Source: Candidatus Daviesbacteria bacterium
Lineage (GTDB): Bacteria; Patescibacteriota; Microgenomatia; Daviesbacterales; UBA10151
Direction of reading: 5' to 3'
Assembly (NCBI GenBank): GCA_016186955.1
Contig: JACPKP010000001.1
Span: 1-59,861, forward strand
DNA length: 59,861 nucleotides
Positions 8,821-16,691 of the stretch are shown piece by piece. Positions within the stretch are counted from its first letter, which is position 1; every line of letters starts with the position of its first letter. The notes under the pieces are model-generated. The model had not been told where the DNA came from. It ran no database searches and worked only from the letters and a program-made list of their open reading frames with translations. Both the position numbers and the translations under genes were made by a program.

Positions 8821-9033
8821 ATTAGGTTTGCACCCTTTCTTTTTGGAGCAATTTTGGATTCAATATTTTGGCAATTATCCCCGGAAAATTTCAGGGATTA
8901 TGTAAAATTCCGCCAGCTCAAATCAGGATGGGGTTATGATATAAAACAGCAAATCATTACCCTCTTTAAAATTGGATTTATTTATTACCTAGTGACAATT
9001 CCTATAATGCTTTTACTCCTCATACCAAACTAA
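8821..9033 (+). pseudogene. 5'-truncated remnant of a family D membrane-protein gene
   Basis: The open frame starts right after a TAG at 8818-8820 and has no start codon. It translates to ..FGAILDSIFWQLSPENFRDYVKFRQLKSGWGYDIKQQIITLFKIGFIYYLVTIPIMLLLLIPN*. This matches the C-terminus of 7493..7987 (LGALLDFIFWQISSENFRDYIKLKLIKSGWGYDIKQQIVTLFKIGFIYYLLTAPI..). Confidence 0.75.
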
Positions 9034-9126
9034 TAACGGCCGTGTATACTTTGGTTAACATAACCATAATTTCATCACCACAACACTAGCTTGACAAATC
9101 AGTCCAAAGAAGCTATATTCAGCAAA

Positions 9127-9720
9127 ATGTTACCGGAAAGAGAAAAGATTAAAAATGTTTTAAGGTGTGTGGCAGTTGCAGGATTAGCTATGACAACCGG
9201 CTGTGCGCCCACAGCACCCAATGTAGTGGAAACTTCAGATTATACAATCAATCGTGATCTTGGAAATACATGGTTATTGACAGGTAAAGGGAATTGGTCG
9301 TGGGAGCGTCCAGAAAACGCAAAAAAGGGCTTATTTGACCTTAATGAAGAATGTCAAGTTTCAGAGTTGAGGGTTGTATATGGTGGAATTTACAGAGTGG
9401 TTTTGGATCCGGGTTGTAACATCAGAGATCTTAATAAAAGAGCCCATAATCCCCCAAAAAGATATCTCAGAGAATACCCCAACTTTGGTATCATTCAAAT
9501 ATCCAAAAATGTAGTAGAGGTAAAGGGTAAATGGGTGATAAACCCGTGGAATGGAGGAAACCATGCAAAACAAGGGTTGTCGGAAGTGATCAGGGAATGT
9601 TTGTCTAATACCGGCGGATCTATCTCTGAAGCGGCATATGATTCATATTTTGTAGCTACCCCGGAATCGGATTGTGTTTTAAAACTAATTCAAAGCAATA
9701 AAGCGCCTCTTAAATTTTGA
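9127..9720 (+). CDS. putative lipoprotein with an internal duplication
   Basis: The ORF opens at TTG 9091; the ATG at 9127 gives MLPEREKIKNVLRCVAVAGLAMTTGC, a basic-hydrophobic signal ending in a lipobox-like TTGC. Two W...AK(K/Q)GL...EC segments. An lgt-like gene is present at 57270. Confidence 0.6.
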   Translation: MLPEREKIKNVLRCVAVAGLAMTTGCAPTAPNVVETSDYTINRDLGNTWLLTGKGNWSWERPENAKKGLFDLNEECQVSELRVVYGGIYRVVLDPGCNIRDLNKRAHNPPKRYLREYPNFGIIQISKNVVEVKGKWVINPWNGGNHAKQGLSEVIRECLSNTGGSISEAAYDSYFVATPESDCVLKLIQSNKAPLKF

Positions 9721-9738
9721 ACGCTGTACCTGTTGCTG

Positions 9739-9788
9739 TTGATATAGTTTGTTGCTAAAATGGACGATCGCACACCATATTGTCACTG
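9739..9788 (+). repeat. 50-bp intergenic direct repeat, copy 1
   Basis: TTGATATAGTTTGTTGCTAAAATGGACGATCGCACACCATATTGTCACTG. Nearly identical to 9870-9919, with 3 substitutions by eye. Contains the CGATCG palindrome. Confidence 0.9.
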
Positions 9789-9869
9789 TGGGCAAATATT
9801 TTCAAAGATAATCCACCTTCCACTTGAACTAGCTTGGCACCCCCCTTTTTTTTTACTAACTTTCAAAAA

Positions 9870-9919
9870 TTGATATAGTTTGTTATTAAAGTGGACGATC
9901 GCACACCATATTGTCACTG
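9870..9919 (+). repeat. 50-bp intergenic direct repeat, copy 2, upstream of the 9956 gene
   Basis: TTGATATAGTTTGTTATTAAAGTGGACGATCGCACACCATATTGTCACTG. A C6/T10 run (9840-9855) lies between the two copies. Confidence 0.9.
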
Positions 9920-9955
9920 CTGACTCACCACTATAGAAAGTTCTAGAATCAGCTA

Positions 9956-10342
9956 GTGCGGTTGGTAATTGTCTTCATTCTAAATCTGCCTTTTACTTTA
10001 ACTGGTATTATTCCTGTGATTTTGTCTGGTCCATATCATGTTAAGCTGGTTAGAAATCCATATGCTTTTGTATTTAAGATAAAAAGTTTTTGGTGGGCAT
10101 TTGGATTTTTTAAAAAAGCGCGGGCAATCACAATTGGACAGATCATTTTACTTGGTCCCAGATTATTAAAAAATGATCTTGAGCATGAAATTATCCATGT
10201 TGAGCAATGTGATAGATATCCTGTCATTTTCCCGATATTGTATCTATATGAAAGAATTAGAAAAGGCTACCGTCAAAACCGCTTCGAAGACGAAGCCTAC
10301 ACTTTATCAAACAGTGTCTATGAGGAAGTAAACAATAAATAA
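9956..10342 (+). CDS. small membrane protein with HExxH metallopeptidase-like motif
   Basis: 128-aa ORF with GTG start. Hydrophobic N-terminal half, then LEHEIIHVEQCDRYP. Confidence 0.55.
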   Translation: MRLVIVFILNLPFTLTGIIPVILSGPYHVKLVRNPYAFVFKIKSFWWAFGFFKKARAITIGQIILLGPRLLKNDLEHEIIHVEQCDRYPVIFPILYLYERIRKGYRQNRFEDEAYTLSNSVYEEVNNK

Positions 10343-10401
10343 ACTAAACTTGTTGTCCTGAGTTTGCAGATTCCACCTGAAAATGCTAGAATTATCATTT
10401 G

Positions 10402-10935
10402 ATGGTTTCCAGAGAACAATTTATTGAGGTAAATCGTGACAGATATGGAGAAAAGACCCTCAGAGTTTATACTGCGGATGCTGTTTTAGAGCAGTACTTG
10501 AAAGACCATACCTGGATGGATGATCCTAAGTCTCACTGTGTATCTTGTAGCCGTATTGTGGATAAATCAGGAGGGTGGTTTTCTAAAAAGATGTGTCGAG
10601 AAAACGTTCAGCAAGGCTTTTCTTGTAGAAGAGAGACTTTGAGGAATCATTTTTTGCCCTTTGTTAGAAATGCACTGGAGGGACGTTACCCCGATCAAGA
10701 GGAATGGCACGAAATAATCCATAGGGTTGGTCCTTATTATGACGGTACTGGTAAAATGGAGTGGAGTTTGTCGTATTCGTATGCGCATGAACTAGGAGAA
10801 ACAGTTGCACGGATGACAGGTTCAGAGGAGGTCTCTTTAGAGGAGAGAGCTTCATTTTGCAAAAGAGTACAAGAGCAAGTTATGCTCGAGATGGATTTTG
10901 CAAGTTTCAGTAGACAGGGTGTATATGGACTCTAA
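10402..10935 (+). CDS. hypothetical soluble protein containing an HEIIH motif
   Basis: The ORF opens at TTG 10399, with an ATG at 10402. No TM segment. Contains EEWHEIIHRVG, CVSC and several other Cys. No family recognised. Confidence 0.55.
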   Translation: MVSREQFIEVNRDRYGEKTLRVYTADAVLEQYLKDHTWMDDPKSHCVSCSRIVDKSGGWFSKKMCRENVQQGFSCRRETLRNHFLPFVRNALEGRYPDQEEWHEIIHRVGPYYDGTGKMEWSLSYSYAHELGETVARMTGSEEVSLEERASFCKRVQEQVMLEMDFASFSRQGVYGL

Positions 10936-10948
10936 GGTTTAAAATGTC

Positions 10949-11875
10949 TTACTGTTTTTTCTCTTCTGGAGGCTTATAATCAGGGTTAAAATACTGGTAG
11001 AATTTTTCAACTTCACTGAAAACCTTTTTCGATTCCGCCACATTTGCATTGTATTGCCCAACCAGGCTGTTATATTGTCCAACTAAACTATTGAATTTAT
11101 CTATGTCTCCGGAATTTTTTAACAAAACCAGCTGGTTGTCCATCGCGGTAAGTTTGGGGTTTAAAGCGCCAAGTTCGCTGTTTATCTGGTCAAGCCTTCT
11201 AACCCGGCTGTTAAATCCGCCTTTCTGGAAAAGCTCTACCACCTTGCTTCTGTCCGTGAAATATTGTTTATAGTATTTTTCTAACTCTGGTGAAAGTTCT
11301 TTATATTCCACTGCAAATTTGGAATGTAATTCTTCCTGGATAGTTTTAATGTTGCTGTTTTTTCTTTTCTTAAGTATTTCAAGCGGGCCGGTTAAATGGG
11401 GATCATCCTGATATTTATCAAGTTCAGTTTCCAGAAGTGCATTAATGCGTTTTTTCTCATCTGAGCTTAACCTGTTATATGCGGAGTGCAACATTTCATG
11501 GATAGCAGCGGAGTACTTATGGTCGGAAAATTTAGGATCATCAATTTTTAGCAAAAATATTTTTCGTCCTCCGAAAGGACCGCCACCGGGTTTTGGCGCG
11601 TTACACCCCAGTGCCTCAACTCCGTTAGCAAAACAGTATTTTCTAAAAACATCTCCTTCAACTATTTCCGGGTCAGCCCGGTAGAAAGTCGCCTTGCCTT
11701 TTGTTGTAAGAGTATTCTTTTCAGCTATTTCGACAATTTCAGCTGCTGGTTTATAGGATTTCAATACATCCTCATCTGAAGTGCGTTGTCCGGCTGTACC
11801 GATAAATACAAATAAGAGTCCTGCGAGTATAAGCAAAAAAGGTAAAGCAAGGAGGATTAAGATTATTTCAAACAA
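10949..11875 (-). CDS. membrane-anchored protein with HExxH motif and coiled-coil tail
   Basis: 308-aa ORF with TTG start. N-terminal hydrophobic helix, AAIHEMLHSAY motif, and a C-terminal heptad-like region with a duplicated LVGQYNS. Confidence 0.65.
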   Translation of the reverse strand: MFEIILILLALPFLLILAGLLFVFIGTAGQRTSDEDVLKSYKPAAEIVEIAEKNTLTTKGKATFYRADPEIVEGDVFRKYCFANGVEALGCNAPKPGGGPFGGRKIFLLKIDDPKFSDHKYSAAIHEMLHSAYNRLSSDEKKRINALLETELDKYQDDPHLTGPLEILKKRKNSNIKTIQEELHSKFAVEYKELSPELEKYYKQYFTDRSKVVELFQKGGFNSRVRRLDQINSELGALNPKLTAMDNQLVLLKNSGDIDKFNSLVGQYNSLVGQYNANVAESKKVFSEVEKFYQYFNPDYKPPEEKKQ

Positions 11876-11935
11876 CCAAAGCCCTTTTTACCATTAGGGG
11901 ATTTTTCCGATTTTTTTGTTAATTTTGGAGCAGTG

Positions 11936-12610
11936 TTATTTTTCATAAGTTGAAAAAGTGGCAAAAAGGGATTTGGCGCCCCAGTTAAAATCAACATAAT
12001 CAACAGTACCCTTTGCAGGATTTTCCCTGGTAAAAACCATAGGGAATCCTTTGTAACTATAAAAAGGCCTACCGCCTTCCTTATTGCTCACCGGGGAGAT
12101 TTTTTTCCAGGAAGAATCCATCTTTGAGGTGATAAGCTTATCAACAGCCTCTTCAAACTGGTTTCTGAACCTGATGTCAAATTTATATGCCACCCCAACG
12201 GAAGCATAGGCCTCTCTCTCCTCATAGTTATAATCTATTACACAGGATTTTCCTTTATACTTTTTATCCTTGGGGAACTTATCTAAAATAAGAGGGTCGC
12301 CCAAAGTGCCAACAATGCCCTCCTTATCCTTATATTTAAATGGGGCGTCCGGAATTTTAACCAGTTCTTCCTTACAATATTTCTCCAGCCATTTAGGGTC
12401 TTTTTTATCAACAGTTTTATCGGCAACAGGCTTGGTTTGAATGGGGGATTGGTTAGCGGTTTGAGTAGGCTGGGGTTTTTGGTACTGGAAAAAGAAGTTT
12501 GGTTTTCTAAAAAATATCCACGAACCTATGGCAAAGCCAAAAAGAATAATCAGTGTTAAAAATAAATTTAGGACACCTAATTGGTTTACTTTCACAGGCA
12601 GTTTATACAC
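11936..12610 (-). CDS. membrane-anchored hypothetical protein, family A (closest paralog of 163..798)
   Basis: The maximal ORF reaches TTG 12646, but that TTG is the TTGACA of a near-consensus promoter. GTG 12610 or GTG 12595 gives ..KVNQLGVLNLFLTLIILF, matching the other family N-termini. Strong block identity to 163..798. Confidence 0.75.
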   Translation of the reverse strand: MYKLPVKVNQLGVLNLFLTLIILFGFAIGSWIFFRKPNFFFQYQKPQPTQTANQSPIQTKPVADKTVDKKDPKWLEKYCKEELVKIPDAPFKYKDKEGIVGTLGDPLILDKFPKDKKYKGKSCVIDYNYEEREAYASVGVAYKFDIRFRNQFEEAVDKLITSKMDSSWKKISPVSNKEGGRPFYSYKGFPMVFTRENPAKGTVDYVDFNWGAKSLFATFSTYEK

Positions 12611-12616
12611 AAATTT

Positions 12617-12646
12617 ATTATATGCATTACTTTTTATTAATGTCAA
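12617..12646 (-). promoter_or_regulatory. near-consensus sigma-70 promoter for the family A gene
   Basis: Minus strand: TTGACA (12646-12641), 18-nt spacer, TATAAT (12622-12617), 6 nt, GTG (12610). Confidence 0.5.
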
Positions 12647-13000
12647 AAGCTAAAATTGTACAAGTAAAACACGCATCAAGGTTTTAGACTAACTTTAAAA
12701 AAGAGGTAAAAGATTCTTAACTCCTAAGAAAAAACCTCCAGGTAACTTTCTCTTCACTTTGAGCATGCGACAGCTTAAAAATCGGCAGGTGTCAACCTAA
12801 TCCACCCCGGGGATGGAAGTTCACCGCATTCGACGACAAGCATAGAGATTGACTAGTAACCAACTTCATTCCAATTTATACCAAAATTTCACAATTGTGA
12901 AGAAATGGTATAAACACAAAAAGGTTGGGATTACACACCAGGTGTGTAAGTACAAAGGATACAAAGGTGTGAACTTAAGTCAAATGAAAGGTGTCCTTGA

Positions 13001-13381
13001 TTATTTAGTAAATAGGAATATTGATAAATTAACTAATAAAAGAACACCAATAATAATATAAAAGCGCCATTTTGAGGGTATTTTTTGCATCAACTGCTCA
13101 AATTTTAGAAACCCAGAGATTGATGTTATTATTTTATAAAGGATAAACGCATTAAAAAAGATGCTTATGATTGGAAATAATATAGCTACCATAGGGATAC
13201 TATATAGTTTTGTATGAGCAATGAGAGTGAACCAGGGAAACCCCATAAAAGCTAGTAGGAAGCCACATCCCAGACATTCTGGAGTCCAAATTGGTTTGAT
13301 GTATGCCCATATAGCTATTAATAAATAGAAAGTTGTAAAGAGTAAACCAAATTTGGATACTTTAGCCTTAAAAAACTTCAT
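13001..13381 (-). CDS. small polytopic membrane protein
   Basis: 126-aa ORF, almost entirely hydrophobic segments. No recognisable family. Confidence 0.6.
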   Translation of the reverse strand: MKFFKAKVSKFGLLFTTFYLLIAIWAYIKPIWTPECLGCGFLLAFMGFPWFTLIAHTKLYSIPMVAILFPIISIFFNAFILYKIITSISGFLKFEQLMQKIPSKWRFYIIIGVLLLVNLSIFLFTK

Positions 13382-13386
13382 ATAAA

Positions 13387-14109
13387 TTAAAACTTAGGGG
13401 CGTTTGAGTCTTTATAGTAAAAATCACACAGGTCATAGCCTGGAACTGTTTGGCCAACCTTGACAGATGCTTTTCTAAGTACTCTTGGCTTTGTGTCCCC
13501 GCAACTTTCCTCCATCCCTGTTGGGCAAACAGTAGTTGAATAGCCTATGAATTGTTTAGAAATAACATATTTTAAATAATAATCGCCTTCCTCAAGTTCA
13601 AAAGCGTAAGTTGATTTGCCGCCATTCATACTTCCGGGGTATTCTTGAACAAATATACTGCTGTCAGACACCCTTTTGGCTTCAATCAACCCTTTGGGCA
13701 AAACTTCAGATGGATAACAAAGTTTGCCGGTAACAGTGCCTTTGGGGGCTTCGGATTCCTTCTCGGGCGTAATTTCAAATTGAGGGGTGATCTCACCACT
13801 TTTAATGCTTACCCTGTACCAATTAAAGGTAGCAGTATGCCCGTTTTTTATCTCATAAACATGGACATTATACTGCCCCTCTGATTCATTATCCACCTCA
13901 ACAATCCCTCCCGGAACATCCTTCAGAAACTGTTGGACCTCAGGCAGTTTTTTGACATTTTCTAAAGCCAGTTCTTTGGAAATTTTGGTAGGGGCAATTT
14001 CCTCCAGTTTATTCTGGACAACAGGTTGTTCAATAAGCCACGGAGCTATTTTTGGGAAGGCAAAAAATCCTATCAGGGCTAAAGCAATTATAATAATTAA
14101 ATATTTCAT
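13387..14109 (-). CDS. membrane-anchored protein with PepSY-like N-terminal domain
   Basis: 240-aa ORF with an N-terminal anchor. ALENVKKLPEVQQFLKDVPGG..YNVHVYEI..ATFNWYRVSIKSGEI resembles PepSY-type domains. The Cys-containing C-terminal beta-rich domain is unassigned. Confidence 0.6.
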   Translation of the reverse strand: MKYLIIIIALALIGFFAFPKIAPWLIEQPVVQNKLEEIAPTKISKELALENVKKLPEVQQFLKDVPGGIVEVDNESEGQYNVHVYEIKNGHTATFNWYRVSIKSGEITPQFEITPEKESEAPKGTVTGKLCYPSEVLPKGLIEAKRVSDSSIFVQEYPGSMNGGKSTYAFELEEGDYYLKYVISKQFIGYSTTVCPTGMEESCGDTKPRVLRKASVKVGQTVPGYDLCDFYYKDSNAPKF

Positions 14110-14582
14110 GTAATATATTTTCTAAACAAATTCCTGTCCTTGTTTATCCATACTAAACCAGCGACATTGCCCAAAAGCACGGCAAAAACAGCAAGCACAC
14201 TGGCAAAGCTTACTGCCTGGAATCCCAAAATATTGCTCAACCTGATCATTCCTGCAAAAATTATGATGCTGCCAGCAAAATTCAACACTACAACCAGTGT
14301 ACTAAAAGATTTACTAATTAGCAAAAGAATAATTTGGACTGCAACCACTATAAAAAATAACCCCAGCAAAGAATTGGGATAAGAGAATGAAAGTTCAAAA
14401 CCGTTCCTGCCAAATCCTGTAAATGATTCCCAATCAAAAAAGCCTAAAACAAGCTGCATTATCAGGATTGATAAAAAAATAGTTTTGGTCTTGAGTTTGG
14501 TTTTCTTGTCTTGTTTCGAGGCAAAACGCAATACAAACGGACTGATTAGTAAAACTGCAGCTAAGATAAAAATATATTCCAT
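14106..14582 (-). CDS. polytopic membrane protein
   Basis: 158-aa ORF with about 5 hydrophobic helices. Its stop overlaps the downstream start (14106-14109). Confidence 0.65.
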   Translation of the reverse strand: MEYIFILAAVLLISPFVLRFASKQDKKTKLKTKTIFLSILIMQLVLGFFDWESFTGFGRNGFELSFSYPNSLLGLFFIVVAVQIILLLISKSFSTLVVVLNFAGSIIIFAGMIRLSNILGFQAVSFASVLAVFAVLLGNVAGLVWINKDRNLFRKYIT

Positions 14583-14696
14583 TATCCTTACTCCAATTTG
14601 AATGAATCAATAAATTTATTAATATTCTCCTGATAAATATCCCAATTTCTAGATGAAGAAGCTACTGAGATGAGAATTTCAAAACCGTTTTTGTAG

Positions 14697-15827
14697 CTAT
14701 GCTGAATCATAGATAAATTTATCGATAACAGCTTTATAATTAGTTTGGGAATCTTCTTTTAATTCAACATAAAGCTGTATATCCGGGTCTTTCGAGAATT
14801 CATAGGTTGTTGTGTGGCTTCTGCCCGAATCAAAGTTTTTGGTTTTTTTCCATCCAGAAGATTGGGTAAAACTATAATTTGGAACAGTAGCCCAACCTGA
14901 AGATACAACCGATGATGATGTTACAGATGGGGAAGAAGGGGACTGGACGGTTTTTGAATTATCATCTAAAAACTTAAATGAATTGAGTGAAGCCTCAATT
15001 ACAGGGCCTCTTTTATCCCAGGCAGAATTTAAGGCTGTCCCGCCAACTCCAATATCATACCCGTCTTTTAGGAGAACAAAGCCCACACCCCTCACCTTTC
15101 CTTCCCTAATCAGATCCTTGACATCCTGGACCGAACTTTTATTGCCGGCTTTTTTTAATTCCGCTTCAATTTGGGTATCATTCAAGTCTGTCATGCTAAC
15201 TGACGCCTCATAGCGGATCGCGTCATATCCTGCAAAAGTTGTTTTTTGTTCATTTGAAAATTCAATCTTAGCTGAATAATTATCAGCCTCCTTCTTTAAT
15301 TTAGCCATAATTTCATCCAGGCTCTTGGCGCTACTTTTTTCCGAGGTAACTTCAATATTGGCGGTTGATCTTGTTGTGCTGTTGCCAAACACCTTTTTAT
15401 CTTCCTGGGAGGCTTCAAAAAATAGTTTAACTTTGCCTTCTTTATTTACTTTAATCCAGCCCGCTGGCGGGGTGATAGAAAATTTGGGTTCACCTGTATC
15501 CGGTTTAAACTCTGCAGAATTTTGGGAAAGTTCTGCTTTTTTAGGAATGGGGGAATTGTTAGAAGAAGTGTTTTTAGAAGATGGAGTCGTATCTTTATAT
15601 ATATCTTTGGGTTTATTCGCAGAGAGCTTTAGCTCATTTGCATTAAAAACAATCTGCCCGTTTTTGGTAGTGACTAAATTATTTTTAACAGCATAAGCGC
15701 CTCCTCCAACCAGCGCCACCCCAATTGCAACTAACAAAAACAGTGGGAAAACCCCCGCTTCGCTCGCGAAGCGAGGCGAGCCATGCTGGTTCAAAAATTG
15801 TCCTTTAATTTTAGGGAAGTTCAACAT
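14697..15827 (-). CDS. membrane-anchored PsbP/DcrB-like protein with Ser-rich C-terminal extension (family E)
   Basis: 376-aa ORF. The core (PKFSITPPAGWIKV..KLFFEASQED..) is collinear with 15827..16588 and 16692..17372. The N-terminus carries a 27-nt palindromic insertion. Confidence 0.75.
   Translation of the reverse strand: MLNFPKIKGQFLNQHGSPRFASEAGVFPLFLLVAIGVALVGGGAYAVKNNLVTTKNGQIVFNANELKLSANKPKDIYKDTTPSSKNTSSNNSPIPKKAELSQNSAEFKPDTGEPKFSITPPAGWIKVNKEGKVKLFFEASQEDKKVFGNSTTRSTANIEVTSEKSSAKSLDEIMAKLKKEADNYSAKIEFSNEQKTTFAGYDAIRYEASVSMTDLNDTQIEAELKKAGNKSSVQDVKDLIREGKVRGVGFVLLKDGYDIGVGGTALNSAWDKRGPVIEASLNSFKFLDDNSKTVQSPSSPSVTSSSVVSSGWATVPNYSFTQSSGWKKTKNFDSGRSHTTTYEFSKDPDIQLYVELKEDSQTNYKAVIDKFIYDSA
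15753..15776. repeat. short GC-rich palindrome inserted in frame in the signal-anchor region
   Basis: CGCTTCG-CTCG-CGAAGCG hairpin core (15756-15773). It encodes SPRFASEAG between the NQHG and VFPLFLL residues. The paralog at 16588 reads NSQKGILPLFFL without it. Confidence 0.7.
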
Positions 15828-16588
15828 TAATCAGATAGCTTAAAAGAGTTGAGGGAACTATAAATTTCCGGTTCTCTTTTATCCCAGGCAGATTTTAAAG
15901 CTCCTCCATAAATAACTATTCCATATTTGCCTTTCACCAGCACGTAAGATAATGTTCTAAAGCTTACTCCTTTTTTGAAAGCATCTATCTCTAATTTATA
16001 AGCATCTTGCCCGGAAAGCTTAGATTTACTTTTAGAATTAACTGTTAGTTTTTCCCACTCCGCCCCTGATGATTTTACGTAATAGTCCACCAATGATTCT
16101 AAAGAGCCTTGACTATTGCCTTTAATCATATTCACTTGTACCTTAGCTTTATTGGTTGCCTGCAAATCTTCTCCGGCAACTTCCTGATCTTCCTCGGGAG
16201 CTTCAAATTTGACTTTAATAACATTATCTGATTGGCCAGACCTGCCCCAGTCTGATGGCGCATTTATACTGAAAGAGGGTTCTCTATCCTCTGGAACAAC
16301 AGTTGTTGAACTTGTAGGTGGTTTGTAGACAAAAGCACCATATTGGATGTCAGTCTTTGGTGCAGGTGTTAAGGAAGGCAGTGGATTAGTGTTACCTATT
16401 TGCTTTTGAACTTTTACCTTATCTACCTCTGCTTTGCCTGATTTACCGGTTTTAACAAACTCATTCCTAATAAGGTAAGTTCCTCCAACAACTACTGCTA
16501 CGCCTATAGCAATTAGAAAAAATAGAGGTAGGATACCCTTCTGACTATTAACCACGAACCTTAAGCTATGAATTTTTTCCTTGGGCAT
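15827..16588 (-). CDS. membrane-anchored PsbP/DcrB-like protein (family E)
   Basis: The maximal ORF reaches 16606. The ATG at 16588 gives MPKEKIHSLRFVVNSQKGILPLFFLIAIGV and has the TTAAATTAATGCCCAA context seen at 163 and 4414. Confidence 0.75.
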   Translation of the reverse strand: MPKEKIHSLRFVVNSQKGILPLFFLIAIGVAVVVGGTYLIRNEFVKTGKSGKAEVDKVKVQKQIGNTNPLPSLTPAPKTDIQYGAFVYKPPTSSTTVVPEDREPSFSINAPSDWGRSGQSDNVIKVKFEAPEEDQEVAGEDLQATNKAKVQVNMIKGNSQGSLESLVDYYVKSSGAEWEKLTVNSKSKSKLSGQDAYKLEIDAFKKGVSFRTLSYVLVKGKYGIVIYGGALKSAWDKREPEIYSSLNSFKLSD

Positions 16589-16595
16589 TAATTTA

Positions 16596-16625
16596 ATAGT
16601 AAACAAAAAGATAATAGGTTGTCAA
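16596..16625 (-). promoter_or_regulatory. candidate promoter placed for a leaderless mRNA of the 16588 gene
   Basis: Minus strand: TTGACA (16625-16620), 18-nt spacer, TACTAT (16601-16596), 7 nt, ATG (16588). Confidence 0.45.
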
Positions 16626-16654
16626 ATTAAATTTGTATGGATTAAAACTGACCC

Positions 16655-16684
16655 TTGACAAGTTATGATATTGTATCCAATAAT
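16655..16684 (+). promoter_or_regulatory. candidate divergent promoter placed for a leaderless mRNA of the 16692 gene
   Basis: TTGACA (16655-16660), 18-nt spacer, AATAAT (16679-16684), 7 nt, ATG (16692). Confidence 0.45.
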
Positions 16685-16691
16685 TAGATTA

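Noticed and set aside
12809-12845. GGGGATGGAAGTTCACCGCATTCGACGACAAGC resembles the 5' end of tmRNA (GGGG..G....GGATTCGACG).
   Set aside because: No matching 3' acceptor/T-arm (..TTCGA..CCCACCA complementary to GGGGATG) within the next few hundred nt. That space is occupied by a minus-strand membrane-protein CDS, and the spacing to the TTCGAC box is off.
12849-13061. 70-aa plus-strand ORF in the 12650-13000 spacer.
   Set aside because: TTG start, no SD or promoter, Lys/Asn-rich AT-driven composition, and overlap with the 3' end of the minus-strand gene 13001..13381. I could not assign the spacer to any RNA family either.
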